From: Prolixibacteraceae bacterium | GTDB taxonomy: Bacteria; Bacteroidota; Bacteroidia; Bacteroidales; Prolixibacteraceae | Direction of reading: 5' to 3' | Assembly (NCBI GenBank): GCA_027858715.1 | Contig: JAQICD010000118.1 | Coordinates: forward strand, 7,730-71,729 | Length of the DNA: 64,000 bases | Shown: positions 30,032-40,455 of the stretch, piece by piece | Layout: every line of letters starts with the position of its first letter | Numbering within the stretch: position 1 is the stretch's first letter | The notes under the pieces: model-generated | Told to the model about the DNA's origin: nothing | Database searches by the model: none | The model's input: only the letters and a program-made list of their open reading frames with translations | Program-made: the position numbers and the translations under genes

Positions 30032-32521
30032 ATGTCTGATAATGAAAGGATAATTAAAATCAACATTGAAGAGCAGATGAAGTCTGCTTATATCGACTAT
30101 TCAATGTCGGTTATTGTTTCGCGTGCACTGCCCGATGTGAGAGATGGATTTAAACCGGTACACCGGCGTGTACTCTATGGTATGGGAGATTTGGGCATTC
30201 TCTCAAATAAATCGTACAAGAAATCGGCCAGAATTGTGGGTGAAGTATTGGGTAAATACCATCCACACGGTGACTCGTCGGTTTATATGACTATGGTTCG
30301 AATGGCTCAAACATGGTCGTTGCGATATCCATTGGTTGACGGGCAGGGTAACTTTGGTTCGGTTGACGGCGATAGCCCCGCAGCGATGCGTTATACCGAG
30401 GCCAGGCTGTCGAAAATTGCCGAAGAAACACTGGCAGATTTGGAAAAAGACACGGTTGATTTTACCCCGAATTTCGATGAATCGCTTAAAGAACCATCTG
30501 TGCTTCCGACACGAATTCCAAACCTTCTGGTTAATGGAGCTTCTGGTATTGCCGTTGGTATGGCTACAAACATGCCACCTCACAACCTGGTTGATTCAAT
30601 CGATGCAATAATTGCTTACATTAATAACCGTGACATCGAAACAGATGATTTAATCGATATTATAAAAGCACCTGATTTCCCAACAGGTGGTACAATATAC
30701 GGCTACCAGGGAGTTCGCGATGCATACAATACAGGAAGAGGTCGTATTTTAGTACGTGGTAAATCGAATATAGAAACAACCAGTAATGGACGTGAAAAAA
30801 TTATCATTACCGAAATACCATACATGGTTAACAAGGCTGAATTGATAATTAAAATTGCAGATCTGGTTAATGATAAGAAAATTGAAGGTATATCCAATGT
30901 TAACGATGAATCAGACCGTAATGGTATGCGTATCGTTATCGATATAAAGAAAGATGAAATTTCGAATGTTGTACTTAATAAATTGTACAAGTTCACTCTT
31001 TTGCAATCTTCATTCAGCGTTAACAATATTGCCCTTGTTAACGGAAGACCAAAGATGCTTATCCTTAGGCAGTTAATTCATCATTTTGTAGAGCATCGTC
31101 ACGATGTTGTAATACGTCGTACAAAATTTGAGTTGGATCAGGCCGAGAAAAGAGCTCATATCCTAGAGGGATTAATAATTGCGAGCGACAATATTGACGA
31201 GGTAATCAAAATTATCCGTTCATCTTCAAATGCCGATGAAGCTCGTACACGATTGATAGATCGATTCGAATTTTCTGAAATTCAAGCTCGTGCCATTGTT
31301 GAAATGCGTCTGCGCCAGTTAACTGGTTTGGAACAAGAAAAATTGAGATCCGAGTACGAAGAAATTATGAAAACCATCGAGTATTTGAAAAGCGTATTGG
31401 AAAATGAATGGATGCGGATGGATATCATAAAAGAAGAACTAGAAGCAGTTAAAAAAGCATATCCCGAAGGCCGACGTACTGATATTATTCCTAATGCAGA
31501 AGAATTTAATCCTGAGGACTTTTATGCCGACGAAGAGATGGTAATTACTATATCTCACCTTGGTTACATTAAAAGAATACCGCTTACCGAATTTAGAACC
31601 CAAAGCAGGGGTGGAGTAGGAGCAAGAGCAGGAAATACGCGCGAGGAAGATTTTATCGAGCACATGTTTATTGCTACAATGCACAATACTTTGCTGTTGT
31701 TTACCAAAAAAGGGAGATGTTTCTGGCAAAAAGTATATCAAATACCAGAAGGTACAAAAACCTCAAAAGGTCGTGCAATACAAAATTTGCTTAATATTGA
31801 ACAGGACGATAAGGTAATGGCGTTTATCAATGTAAAAACCTTAACCGACGAAGAATATATAAACAACAATTATATCATTTTAGCAACTCAGCGTGGTATT
31901 ATTAAGAAAACCTCGCTTGAAGCTTATTCGCGCCCACGCCAAAATGGTGTAAACGCCATTACAATTCGCGAAGGCGACCAGTTGCTCGAAGCACGCTTAA
32001 CCGGTGGAAACCACGAAATTTTGCTTGCAGTACGTTCGGGTAAAGCAATCAGGTTCAACGAAAATATAGTACGTGCTATTGGTCGTACAGCTTCAGGAGT
32101 GCGTGGAATCTCGCTTGCAGAAGATGACATAGTAGTTGGCATGATATGTGTTGAAAGTGAATCGGAAGATGTAATGGTTGTGTCAGTAAACGGATACGGA
32201 AAACGTTCAAAAATTGTTGATTACCGAATTACAAATCGTGGTGGAAAAGGTGTAAAAACAATCAATGTTACTGAAAAAACAGGTGCATTGGTTGCCATTA
32301 AAAGCGTAACCGATGATGACGATTTGATGATTATCACCGAAAATGGTATAACCATAAGAATGGCTATAAACACAGTTCGACTTATGGGGCGTGCAGCTCA
32401 GGGGGTTAGGCTTATAAATCTTCGTAACGAAGATAAAATAGCATCGGTAGCACGTGTAAGTAAAACCACTAACGATGACATAGAAAATGAATCGGAAATC
32501 GAAGAAATCAGCGAAGAGTAA
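30032..32521 (+). CDS. gyrA: DNA gyrase subunit A
   Basis: [22 protein letters not shown], GyrA-box QSRGGVG. Confidence 0.97.
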   Translation: MSDNERIIKINIEEQMKSAYIDYSMSVIVSRALPDVRDGFKPVHRRVLYGMGDLGILSNKSYKKSARIVGEVLGKYHPHGDSSVYMTMVRMAQTWSLRYPLVDGQGNFGSVDGDSPAAMRYTEARLSKIAEETLADLEKDTVDFTPNFDESLKEPSVLPTRIPNLLVNGASGIAVGMATNMPPHNLVDSIDAIIAYINNRDIETDDLIDIIKAPDFPTGGTIYGYQGVRDAYNTGRGRILVRGKSNIETTSNGREKIIITEIPYMVNKAELIIKIADLVNDKKIEGISNVNDESDRNGMRIVIDIKKDEISNVVLNKLYKFTLLQSSFSVNNIALVNGRPKMLILRQLIHHFVEHRHDVVIRRTKFELDQAEKRAHILEGLIIASDNIDEVIKIIRSSSNADEARTRLIDRFEFSEIQARAIVEMRLRQLTGLEQEKLRSEYEEIMKTIEYLKSVLENEWMRMDIIKEELEAVKKAYPEGRRTDIIPNAEEFNPEDFYADEEMVITISHLGYIKRIPLTEFRTQSRGGVGARAGNTREEDFIEHMFIATMHNTLLLFTKKGRCFWQKVYQIPEGTKTSKGRAIQNLLNIEQDDKVMAFINVKTLTDEEYINNNYIILATQRGIIKKTSLEAYSRPRQNGVNAITIREGDQLLEARLTGGNHEILLAVRSGKAIRFNENIVRAIGRTASGVRGISLAEDDIVVGMICVESESEDVMVVSVNGYGKRSKIVDYRITNRGGKGVKTINVTEKTGALVAIKSVTDDDDLMIITENGITIRMAINTVRLMGRAAQGVRLINLRNEDKIASVARVSKTTNDDIENESEIEEISEE

Positions 32522-32574
32522 TTAAATTACATATTGATAAATATTTAAAGCAAACAAAAAAAATATCATTTGGT

Positions 32575-33753
32575 ATGAGAAAAATTGTAACACTATTTAC
32601 TTTGTTGTTTATAACTACAGCAATTTTTGCACAAAAAGGTAAAGTTACCAGTGCACTTAGTTATAAAGAATCGGGCGATTTGCAAAAAGCTTGGGAAACT
32701 ATTCAGGAAACTATTGATCCAGAGAACAGCCGCTCGAAACGATCAATCGACTGGCCAAGAACATGGGAAGGACGTGGAGAAATTTTACACGAAATTCATC
32801 GTCAGGAAAAAACTGATATTGTTGATGAACCTTTATTTAAGGCGCTGGAGTCGTATCAGAAGGCCATTGAACTTGATGAAAAGGAACGTTATCTGAAAAG
32901 TATTAAAGTTGATTTAACCTTTTTGCAAACAGATTTTTCAAATTATGCTATCAAAGCCTATAACAACAATAATTTTGAGAAGTCGTATAAATCTTTTGAG
33001 AAGTATCTTGAAATTTCGAACATGCCTTTAATGAAACAGGAGGATGGTACACAAATAGTCGATACTGCAATTATTTACAATACAGGCCTTACAGCCTTTA
33101 AAGCTGAAGAATTTAAAACAGCTTTAAAATATTTTGAGAGATCGATAGAAATAGATTACAATGGTGCAGCAAGTTTTCATTTTATGTTTCAATCATATCA
33201 GGCTTTAGGCGATACAGTAAAATCGATTGAAATTTTGAAAGAAGGATTTCAAAAAAATCCTGAAAATGAGGCACTTATTGTGGAATTGATTAATTATTAC
33301 ATAGGACAAGGCGATGCAAATGATGCAATTGAATACCTTGACAGAGCAATTGCACAAAACCCCAAAAATGTAACTTATTATACAGCGAAAGGCAGTACGC
33401 TTGAAAAACTTGAAAGACAAGAAGAGGCTATTAATGTATATAAAGAGGCCATTACAAAGGACAGCACCTTGTTTACGCCATATTACAATCTGGGTGTAAT
33501 TTTCTATAACCGTGGTGTAAATGTATTAAATGAAGCTACTCAGTTGCCACCAAGCGCTACGAAAGAATACGACGAAAAGATAGCTAAAGGGAAAAATCAC
33601 TTAAAAGAAGCTTTGCCGTATATTGAAAGATCTTATGAGCTTGATTCATCAGAAATAGCTATTATGGAGTCGTTACGATTGATTTACTATCGTTTACAAA
33701 TGAACGATAAATACGATGAAATTAATGAAAAGGTTCAAAATATATCCAAATAG
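32575..33753 (+). CDS. Secreted TPR-repeat protein
   Basis: Signal peptide and multiple TPR motifs (YYNLGVIFYN); common downstream of gyrA in Bacteroidota. Confidence 0.85.
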   Translation: MRKIVTLFTLLFITTAIFAQKGKVTSALSYKESGDLQKAWETIQETIDPENSRSKRSIDWPRTWEGRGEILHEIHRQEKTDIVDEPLFKALESYQKAIELDEKERYLKSIKVDLTFLQTDFSNYAIKAYNNNNFEKSYKSFEKYLEISNMPLMKQEDGTQIVDTAIIYNTGLTAFKAEEFKTALKYFERSIEIDYNGAASFHFMFQSYQALGDTVKSIEILKEGFQKNPENEALIVELINYYIGQGDANDAIEYLDRAIAQNPKNVTYYTAKGSTLEKLERQEEAINVYKEAITKDSTLFTPYYNLGVIFYNRGVNVLNEATQLPPSATKEYDEKIAKGKNHLKEALPYIERSYELDSSEIAIMESLRLIYYRLQMNDKYDEINEKVQNISK

Positions 33754-33770
33754 GATAATTGAATAAATAG

Positions 33771-33798
33771 AAAAGCCGACTAAAATCGGCTTTTTTTT
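33771..33798 (+). terminator. Intrinsic terminator
   Basis: AAAAGCCGA-CTAAAA-TCGGCTTTTTTTT. Confidence 0.85.
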
Positions 33799-33883
33799 AA
33801 AAATACAATATTTAACTTAATATCAATTATAAGACAAACGTGGTTTGAGTGTATTCTGAATTATTTATGTTAATATTAAATCT

Positions 33884-35722
33884 TTATACGTTTATTGAAT
33901 GAAGTTCATTATCAAAAAATAAGTTGAACTGAAATATCCTGTACTTACCAGATTCATAGTAGATTTTTAATGCACTACCACTTCGTTTAATTAACTTATT
34001 GCTGATAATTAATTTTAAACAGTCAGATCCAAATTGATTAACAATCTCAGTCTCATTTTCAGTCAGATATTGAAAGCTATCTATTTTTGCTTCAATTGCA
34101 AAAGCACTGCTATTACCAATTCTAAAACTCATACAATGCTGGTTGCCGGAATTACCTAAATACATTGATTCAATCAAAAATTCTGTATTATTGAAGTTAT
34201 TATTCAAATCGAACAGTAAAGACTTGATGATTTGTTTTGTAAGATGCTTATTGCCTACAATATTAGTCGGAATGTTTTGATCTGCTTTAAAATTAATTAT
34301 ATTTTGCTGTGTTTTAAAATTGATTCTTAACGAATCAGAAATGCTGCTAATAAGATTTACTATATCAAATGATTTGTGTTCAGAAGTATCTTTACTTATA
34401 TTAATTCGACTAATCGCTAACACATCATCAATAATTGACAGAAGCTTATCACCGGAATTCCTCACTATGTTAACCATTTTAAACTGATCATTTGTAAGGT
34501 TTTCCATTGACAAAATTTCAGTCATGCCAATTATTCCATTCATAGGTGTACGAATATCATGCCCAAGTTTAGCTATTAGTTGCTCGATGCTTTCATTTTT
34601 TATTGCTTTAATAGGATTAGAAATACCTATTATGCCTTTTATTACATTTTTCTCATTTTTAATGGGAATTCTAATTATATTGCAATCTTCAGTTTCAGCT
34701 GTACTTATAATACGATCTGAATGTATTTCACCATCAAAGAGCAATTTTTGTTCTGCTGTGAAATATTTTTTTGCAATTTCATTATCAAAAAAATCAAAAT
34801 CATTTTTTCCTGTAGCATCGTTTAAATTTTCTATTCCTAAAAATTCGGCATACAATTTATTCATAGTAACGTAGCTACACGTAGTATCTTTTATGAAAAT
34901 TAATTCAGAAACGTTGTCTGAAATTATTTCATTTATTTTGCTGTAATCCAGTGCGTTAGTTTTGTTATCTGACTTTATCTCTGTCAGTTCGTATTTACCA
35001 ATGATTCCAATAATTATTCCTCCTTTTTTATGAGGGTATTTTTTGATATTGAGCGTTTTCTTTTCATTGTGTTTAAACCTGATTTCCTTCGAAAATTCAT
35101 AAGTTTCTCCTGATTTTATTATTTCAGAATCGTAAGCTGAAAATTCGAGTGCCGGTTTTTCATCTAAAAGTTGACTGTCGGTTTTCCCTATTATTTCTTT
35201 AACATCATTCAGCCCAAAATCGTTGGCGAAAAGTACGTTACAACCGATATATCTGCCGTCTGTATTTTTCCAGAAAATTCGTTGTGAAGAATCGTTAATA
35301 ATTTGTTCTATTTCGCTTACTGATGAAGAAAATAATTTTCGGGAAAACTCAGTTTTTGTATGACCAAGGAGTAATTTTCGGCTTTGCTTAATGACTGAAT
35401 ATAAGTCGATTGTATTGTAATTATAACTTAGATAAAAATCGGCAGTTTCAGTTACTAAATCATTGCTGATAATTTGTTGCTCATCATTATAGGTGAAAAT
35501 AATTACATTTGATGTTACCAGCTGCTGAATATGTTCGTGATAATTTTTTAAAGTATCTTCATTAATCAGGTAAATTGTATCTTTTCGGGTTGTATCACAA
35601 CTTAAAAAATATGGCTCGGCTGAAATTTGTTTTATTTCAATTCCAATGTTCAGCCTGTTTTTTGATAGCCTGATTTTTTTGAATAAGTTATCGTTATCAA
35701 AAAGTTGAATTAGTTTCAGCAT
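33884..35722 (-). CDS. PAS-PAS-HisKA sensor protein with degenerate HATPase domain
   Basis: Two PAS_4-like domains (IFWKNTDGRYIGCN, IFIKDTTCSYVTMN), H-box GHDIRTPMNG; N, G1 and G2 boxes not recognisable. Confidence 0.8.
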   Translation of the reverse strand: MLKLIQLFDNDNLFKKIRLSKNRLNIGIEIKQISAEPYFLSCDTTRKDTIYLINEDTLKNYHEHIQQLVTSNVIIFTYNDEQQIISNDLVTETADFYLSYNYNTIDLYSVIKQSRKLLLGHTKTEFSRKLFSSSVSEIEQIINDSSQRIFWKNTDGRYIGCNVLFANDFGLNDVKEIIGKTDSQLLDEKPALEFSAYDSEIIKSGETYEFSKEIRFKHNEKKTLNIKKYPHKKGGIIIGIIGKYELTEIKSDNKTNALDYSKINEIISDNVSELIFIKDTTCSYVTMNKLYAEFLGIENLNDATGKNDFDFFDNEIAKKYFTAEQKLLFDGEIHSDRIISTAETEDCNIIRIPIKNEKNVIKGIIGISNPIKAIKNESIEQLIAKLGHDIRTPMNGIIGMTEILSMENLTNDQFKMVNIVRNSGDKLLSIIDDVLAISRINISKDTSEHKSFDIVNLISSISDSLRINFKTQQNIINFKADQNIPTNIVGNKHLTKQIIKSLLFDLNNNFNNTEFLIESMYLGNSGNQHCMSFRIGNSSAFAIEAKIDSFQYLTENETEIVNQFGSDCLKLIISNKLIKRSGSALKIYYESGKYRIFQFNLFFDNELHSINV

Positions 35723-35795
35723 TTTATTATGATTTTTTAAAAATGAACCTAAAGGTAAAATAATAGTTTATAACAGATATATTCATTCTAAGTTT

Positions 35796-36354
35796 TTATT
35801 TCGAAAAGCGTTCTCTCCATTCGTCGAAGTATTTAATACCAAATAGATAAGTTATTGCCCGACCTCCGTAATACGACCAGCTAATAGATGTTGAAAAAGC
35901 GAACATTAGCAAGCCAATAGTTACAATGTATCCATCGATAACAATCATATCGGCTTGTTGAAAGCGATTATCAACTTTTTCAGACCAAACACCTGATGCG
36001 AGCAAGGTTAACCCGGTTAAACTACATATAATAATTGTATCGATAAAAGGTTCGAGCAAAGCAACCAATCCTTCCGAAACCGGCTCGTGAGCTCGTGCAG
36101 AAGCATGCACAATTGGTGCCGAACCCTGACCTGCCTCGTTCGAGAACAATCCACGGTTTACACCCCGGTTAAAAGCAAAGGCAATACCTGCACCCAAAAA
36201 GCCACCTGTAGCAGCCGTTCCGGTAAAAACATCGTTGAAAATTGCCACCATCGATGGCCAGATGATAATTGTAGAAAATAACGGCAATTGCTCCAACAAA
36301 ATATACAACAGCCATAATTGGAACCAAACGCGAAGTAACTTTGGCAATCCGTTT
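35796..36354 (-). pseudogene. Remnant of an alanine/glycine:cation symporter (AGCS/AlsT)
   Basis: [53 protein letters not shown]. The 5' part is missing, there is a frameshift near 36264 and there are internal deletions. Confidence 0.85.
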
Positions 36355-36391
36355 GAATCAATATTTGCTACTTTTACTTAAAAATGAAATT

Positions 36392-36871
36392 ATGCTCGAT
36401 ATTATTTTAATCGTTTTTGGAATTCTATTTCTACTGGTCGGTTTAATTGGTTGTATTTTACCGGTTTTACCAGGTCCTCCAATTAGTTATTTTGGCTTAT
36501 TAATGCTTCATTTTACTGATAAACATCAATTTAGCACTGATTTTTTAATTATGTGGGCTGTTATAGCCATTGGCGTTACAATTTTGGATAACGTTGTTCC
36601 TGTTTGGGGAACAAAAAGATACGGAGGCAGTAAAAAAGCCATATGGGGAAGTGTGCTTGGCCTGATTGTGGGTTTGATTTTCTTTCCTCCTTTTGGAATA
36701 ATTATAGGTCCTTTTGTGGGTGCGGTTATTGGCGAAATGATTGCCGGGAAAAGTGGTTACGATGCTTTTCTGTCGGGGTTCGGTGCATTTATGGGGTTTT
36801 TAGGCGGTACTATTTTAAAATTAATAACCTCGGGCTTAATAATATTTTTCTTTTTTAAAGAATTATTTTAG
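36392..36871 (+). CDS. DUF456 (YqgC-like) membrane protein
   Basis: GCILPVLPGPP, GTKRYGGSK, GIIIGPFVGA. ATG at 36392. Confidence 0.85.
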   Translation: MLDIILIVFGILFLLVGLIGCILPVLPGPPISYFGLLMLHFTDKHQFSTDFLIMWAVIAIGVTILDNVVPVWGTKRYGGSKKAIWGSVLGLIVGLIFFPPFGIIIGPFVGAVIGEMIAGKSGYDAFLSGFGAFMGFLGGTILKLITSGLIIFFFFKELF

Positions 36872-36896
36872 CGTTAAAAGTCAATACAGTGCAATT

Positions 36897-38234
36897 TTAA
36901 AACAGATAGTTAAGCCCGATATAAATGCCTTTATCCCCGTCTTGGGGGTCGAGAGCCATACCGTAATCTGCTGCAATTACAAAATTTTCGTTCATGACGA
37001 TGCGCAAACCGACACCTGTACTTGTGTGTAAGTTGCCTTCGTGGTTAAAGTTGAAATAATTGCTCTCACTAACTCCTGTATTGCCAAAATCAACGTTTTC
37101 GATTCTTTCGGCAATATTAATTTTTTGAGTAACCTGTCCAAAATCAAAGAATCCATTTAGACCAATATAAAAATTTTGGTTGATAAATTGAAAATGAACT
37201 ATTTTCCAGCGTAGCTCTACATTTCCGTAAACAAAACCATCGGCTACTACACGGTTGCGGTTTATCCCTCGAATGGTTTTGCTTCCTCCCAGCCCAAGCT
37301 GATCCTTCATTTGTGAAGTTTCGATTTGTGTTTGGTAGTAAAATGGTGCATGGCCGGCAATTGTACTTTGATATCCCACACGATAAGCCAGCGAAAGGTC
37401 ACGCTCTACCAGAGTGAAATATTGTCGGTGGGTAAAGTTGAATTTCACAAATCCTGATTCAGCACCTAAAAATTCGGGGGCGCCAAAAATGAAAGCTTCT
37501 GTCCATATACCTTTCATTGGGTTGGGTTCGTTATCGCGGGTATCAAAAACAAGACCAGCTTTAAGTAATGGTATAAATCCGCCGTTGGCCTCTTCTTCAG
37601 ATAGCACACCCCATTCTTTATATTTATTGTACAGCGATTCGTTACTCAACATATCTTCTTCTTTTCCTTCGTTCAACTTGTCGATATTAACCTCGTCAAT
37701 GCTATAATTTTGAAGGTTGAAGCCAGCCAGAACCCTGAATCGCTTGTCGTTAAAAGGAAACTGAATATCGGTTTTGAACCTGAAGTTTTTATTTTGATAG
37801 CGGTAAAACATACGTGATTTATAAATATCGCCAGCTTCGTCATTCTCCCAGTCAGAATTGTACACCGATTCGTACCCGTTAAAGCCAAAAAAGTCGTAGG
37901 CTAAGTCGGGCAAGTAAGCCAAATCAGATGTGATTCTAATGCCGGGAACCAGAAATTCTGAATCGTAAGACAAACGATAAATGGCACTCCCTTTTGTGAA
38001 ACGCGAAGCTTCGACATAAATATTGTGCAGATATTTTGGATATTGTGTACCGTCGCCATAATGAAATAAATTGACCAACGCACCATACTGAAAACCTAAA
38101 TCTGAATTGTATGTAATGGTAGGTAAAGCGCCAAAATTCCATCCTGTTTTTGTATTTATTTCCTGGTTGTCATTTTGAGCCAAAGTCGTTAACGAAAAAA
38201 CAACAAAAGCAAAATACAGTATGATACGTTTCAT
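36897..38234 (-). CDS. Omp85/BamA-TamA-like beta-barrel protein without POTRA domains
   Basis: Signal peptide, FDTRDNEPNPMKG, LGGSKTIRG loop-6-like motif, C-terminal YLF. Confidence 0.75.
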   Translation of the reverse strand: MKRIILYFAFVVFSLTTLAQNDNQEINTKTGWNFGALPTITYNSDLGFQYGALVNLFHYGDGTQYPKYLHNIYVEASRFTKGSAIYRLSYDSEFLVPGIRITSDLAYLPDLAYDFFGFNGYESVYNSDWENDEAGDIYKSRMFYRYQNKNFRFKTDIQFPFNDKRFRVLAGFNLQNYSIDEVNIDKLNEGKEEDMLSNESLYNKYKEWGVLSEEEANGGFIPLLKAGLVFDTRDNEPNPMKGIWTEAFIFGAPEFLGAESGFVKFNFTHRQYFTLVERDLSLAYRVGYQSTIAGHAPFYYQTQIETSQMKDQLGLGGSKTIRGINRNRVVADGFVYGNVELRWKIVHFQFINQNFYIGLNGFFDFGQVTQKINIAERIENVDFGNTGVSESNYFNFNHEGNLHTSTGVGLRIVMNENFVIAADYGMALDPQDGDKGIYIGLNYLF

Positions 38235-38292
38235 AGCAACAATTATTTTGGTAGTTTGTAAAATCATTTGCTAAATTATGATTTTTTACGAT

Positions 38293-38500
38293 TTATTCAT
38301 TATTTACCAAATAATAAACACCACTGATTAATACATCGGATATTCTTTCTGTTTTAATTTCTATGTATTCCGAATCGCTGATTCCAGTTTCAACTTCAAC
38401 TTTCTTGAATGATATTCCATCTTTTGTTTTACTTTCTTTCACTAAAACGTAATGTCTGCTCTCTTCTTCAAAAATTGCTTCCGCCGGTAATGACATACAT
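38293..38500 (-). pseudogene. 3' remnant of an RND periplasmic adaptor (CzcB/CusB-like)
   Basis: SLPAEAIFEEESRHYV...FKKVEVETGISDSEYIEI...GVYYL is a typical adaptor C-terminus, joined directly to the czcA remnant. Confidence 0.75.
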
Positions 38501-40305
38501 CTATATCGACAACCGATTTTGCCCGTGTTTTCTGGCTCTGATAATACGATTGATATGCTTTTACTCCCATATTGTTGTTTCGTGCAATTTCAACAGCTTT
38601 TTCGATGCTAACCGCATTATTTAGTACTGGTCTTAATCGTTCTTTTGTACCGCGTATTATCAGTTCTTTCATATCAGTTACTCCTTCTTTTTTCAGTTCT
38701 TTCAGATGTTCAATTAAAACAATACCGTTTAAAACGGCTATACCAAAAAGAGCGATGAATCCGACACCTGCTGATATACTGAAAGGCATTCCCCGTATCC
38801 AGAGCAGTATTACGCCACCTACAACTGACAACGGAACTGCCGAAAAAACCATAATTGTTTCGCGTAATGAGCCAAAAGCAAAATGCAGAAATATGAAAAT
38901 GAGAAGCAAAGCAATAGGCACCGCCAGCTTTAACCGGTTTGTTGCATTATTTAAATTTTGGAATTGACCGCCGTATTCAATGTAATATCCGGCTGGTAAA
39001 TCGAGATTATCGTCAAGAATTGGTCTGATGGCATCGACAACCGTTTGTAAGTCGCTGTTTCGAACATTTACACTTACCACTACCCTTCGACGGGTATTGT
39101 CGCGCGAAATTTTTGCAGGGCCTTTGGTATATTCAATTTCAGCCAGTTCTGACAATGGTACTTGATTACCGAAAGAGCTTCTTTAAAGCGGTTGACCAGT
39201 TCTTCTTTAGAACCCGCAGTAACCCAATCTTTTTTAGAAGAACCTGTAAAAGTTATTTTATCCATTAGCGTTTGACGCTCCTCTTTCTTTGCATTATTAA
39301 GTTGAACAGATTTTACAGTGAGTGAAACGGCAATAAACTCAACAATAATAACTGCACCGTCGATAATGATTCCGAAGTCGAGCGCTCCAAGACTCATAAG
39401 GTTTACATCAATGCCAAATAAATACATCAACGAAATAGTGAACAACATCGAAAGTGGTATAATAGAAGATATTACAATCCCTGAGCGCCAGTTCCCAAGT
39501 AGTAAAACAACCACCAGAAAAATTATAATAAATCCTATAATCAGGTTTTCGAAAACCGTAAATGATGTTCGGCCAATCAGTTCGCTCCGTTCAACAATGG
39601 GATTAATGAAAACACCTTCCGGGAGATTTTTTTGTATTTCCTCTACCCTACTTTTTACTTCTTTAATGAATTGTAAACATCGAGCAAGGTTATACCAAAG
39701 CTTTTAAGTTTTTCTGGGTCAACAGCTACTTCATATTGTTTCAGATGACCACCCCAGGTGTTGATTTCAACTATTCCAGAGATACCGGATAACTGCCGTT
39801 TAACCACCCAATCCTGAATGGTACGCAGTTCCATCGTTGAATATTTGTCTTTGTAACCCGGTTTTGTGTCAAGTACATATTGGTATATCTCGCCCAGTCC
39901 GGTAGAAATCGGACCCATTTCGGGTGTGCCAAAACCTTTGGGAATATTTTCGGCTGCCGATTTTATTTTTTCGGCTATTAACTGACGGGGCAAATAAGTG
40001 CCCATGTCTTCTGAAAATACAATGGTTACAACCGACAAGCCAAATTTCGATATTGAACGAATTTCTTCGACACCCGGAAGGTTCGACTTTTCGAGTTCAA
40101 CCGGATAAGTGATGAATTGCTCAACATCTTGTGTCGATAAGCTTGTACTTGTGGTGATTACCTGAACCTGATTGTTTGTGATATCGGGCACAGCACCTAA
40201 AGGTATTTGGGTAAGTGCATATATCCCGTAGATTGCAATCGTGGAAGTTAAGAGCAAAACAATAAGTTTGTTCTTAATACTTAGTCCAATTATTTTATTT
40301 AACAT
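38497..40305 (-). pseudogene. czcA: CusA/CzcA heavy-metal RND pump (TolC-fused type) shortened by multiple internal deletions
   Basis: AVPDITNNQVQ, MSLGALDFGIIIDGAVIIVE, GVGFIALFGIAVLNG, RLRPVL and the start of a TolC-like domain, in successive joined fragments. Confidence 0.88.
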
Positions 40306-40455
40306 GCTAAGGTTTAATTAGAAGTTAATTCAATATTTAATTTTTGAATATTCTTTAACAAAACACTGTTGCACAATTTTAGTTTAATTATAGTAAATTA
40401 TTTAGTGAGACATATCACATAACTTAAATTCGACTTGTGTATTGAAGTTTAATTC

